A stretch of DNA of 49,343 nucleotides from Leucoraja erinacea (Eukaryota). Shown in pieces: positions 48,001 to 49,343 of the stretch. The translations under genes and the position numbers were made by a program. The stretch is taken from NCBI RefSeq assembly GCF_028641065.1, contig NC_073401.1:1874658-1924000 (forward strand), written 5' to 3'. The stretch's first letter is position 1; every line of letters starts with the position of its first letter. Below the pieces are notes generated by a model. That model was not told the DNA's origin and did no database searches. It was given only the letters and a program-made list of their open reading frames with translations.

Positions 48001-49208
48001 ATAACATCGTGTGAATATGGAGAGAGCTGACTAGTGCTGATCCGAGGATAATAAAGAGTATATTATAGAACAGAATAGTAATAGGAATACAGTGATAGAG
48101 CAGAATATAATAGGATAGGGATAGTGAAATGGAAAAGAGATAATATTGCAGAAATACAGTGAATGTATGAGGAAGCATTGGTACATGAATGGTAACTTGC
48201 TTTGTCACAAGTTTTTAAGGAATTATAGGTTATAGGTTCGACTATGGAAAGGGATGGAAGAATGGGCAACAACACGGATGGAGGGAATTCACGACCACAA
48301 AAATCCGGGTGAAGAATCATCAAAATTGTGAAGCTAGGCCCACGAAAACTCGGAAAGCTTGTCAAGATTCTGGGAAGAAACATCCTCATCTTGTTGATGT
48401 TGATAGATGGAAAATGTAATAAACACACATATGTATATCTGGTTATCTGATTATCTGACTACTTGGTTATCACAAATCATGGTTTATCATATATGATAAA
48501 AGGAAGGAATATTAATCATGGCCAAATTGCAGAGACTAGGCCACTAAAATTGAATAAAGGCTTCTGGGCTGCTAGGCCATTCGGTCAATTTAAAAGTGCT
48601 TTCTGTAAAAATGGGACAAGCTGCATAGTGGTGCTAGTTTATCTAAAGCCTAGATCAGAGCTGCAGGAAGAGAATGGGAACATCTGCAGACCATGCCAAT
48701 TAGGTATAAAATGCATAAAATAGATTGGATGAATGCAAACCAGACACACAATGTAAATAATGTTGCAAAGCATTACTTTGCTGAATGTTGATTGGATTAC
48801 GTATTGAGTCTTGTTTGGTTTTCTTGCATATCAGGGCACATGTTGCGATGTTCGTTTCCTCTGAGAAACACTGTTTGAATACAATGCTTTAGCCACTGTA
48901 TTACTCGGTCAGGGAAATGTCTATCATGTACTGTGTTGATCGATATCAGTTATTGGATTGTAAAGAGAACACCCCCATGTGGTTCGGCTCCACGAGGTCC
49001 TGTGTCCATCTTCTGGGAGAGCGCTTAGGACTGTGTTACCTTATGGTCTTTATGGTCTCTGAGCGAGGCCAAGAGGGTGTGATCAGGCAGATACAAGGAT
49101 CGAACCCGCAGTGGTTAGGTACAGCAGTGGGAACTGTAATTGTGTTTTGTCAAAATAAAGTTTAGATGTGCAAGTGCTTGACTCAGTGATTTTTGACTGA
49201 AACTGGAT

Positions 49209-49257
<49 letters not shown>
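49209..49257. repeat. Poly-G run
   Basis: Directly visible; gives the spurious poly-Pro ORF. Confidence 0.95.
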
Positions 49258-49258
<1 letters not shown>

Positions 49259-49343
49259 GGAAGCTTAGAACGTGCAATTTACATTTGGTGTCTCAGAGAA
49301 AAATGGAGCACCTGGCCACAGGGAGAACATACAAACTCTAGAC

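Noticed and set aside
48400-48730. Possible ERV 3' LTR beginning TGTAAT after a purine-rich stretch
   Set aside because: No matching 5' LTR or primer-binding site found in the window, and the polypurine tract is weak.
49083-49277. Poly-proline ORF
   Set aside because: Caused by a poly-G run whose length may be a sequencing artefact.

Overview
Eukaryotic, repeat-rich vertebrate DNA, most likely a cartilaginous fish such as a skate or ray; this is inferred from HE1/V-SINE-type SINEs with CR1-like tails and from the protein sequence. One complete host gene is present: HSPB8 (small heat-shock protein, 211 aa) on the minus strand in three coding exons (31543-31942, 30586-30649, 25875-26046), with canonical GT-AG sites and consistent phases. 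A possible first coding exon of another gene lies at 534-593 (minus). The rest is mostly nested mobile DNA: a near-complete RTE-X-like LINE ORF2, a young Rex1/Babar LINE, many CR1 pieces including an ORF1 esterase remnant, an RTE fragment, V-SINEs, three PIF/Harbinger-type MITEs, two non-autonomous Helitron-like elements and a heavily decayed endogenous retrovirus. Penelope-like element (PLE) ends are frequent and carry a hammerhead-ribozyme-like core. The most unusual item is a GC-rich non-coding retroposon family (4 copies) with a covarying hairpin core but different LINE-derived 3' tails. There is one assembly gap (23161-23434). Repeat boundaries were read by eye and are approximate unless a target-site duplication (TSD) is quoted; family names come from motif recognition, not database searches.
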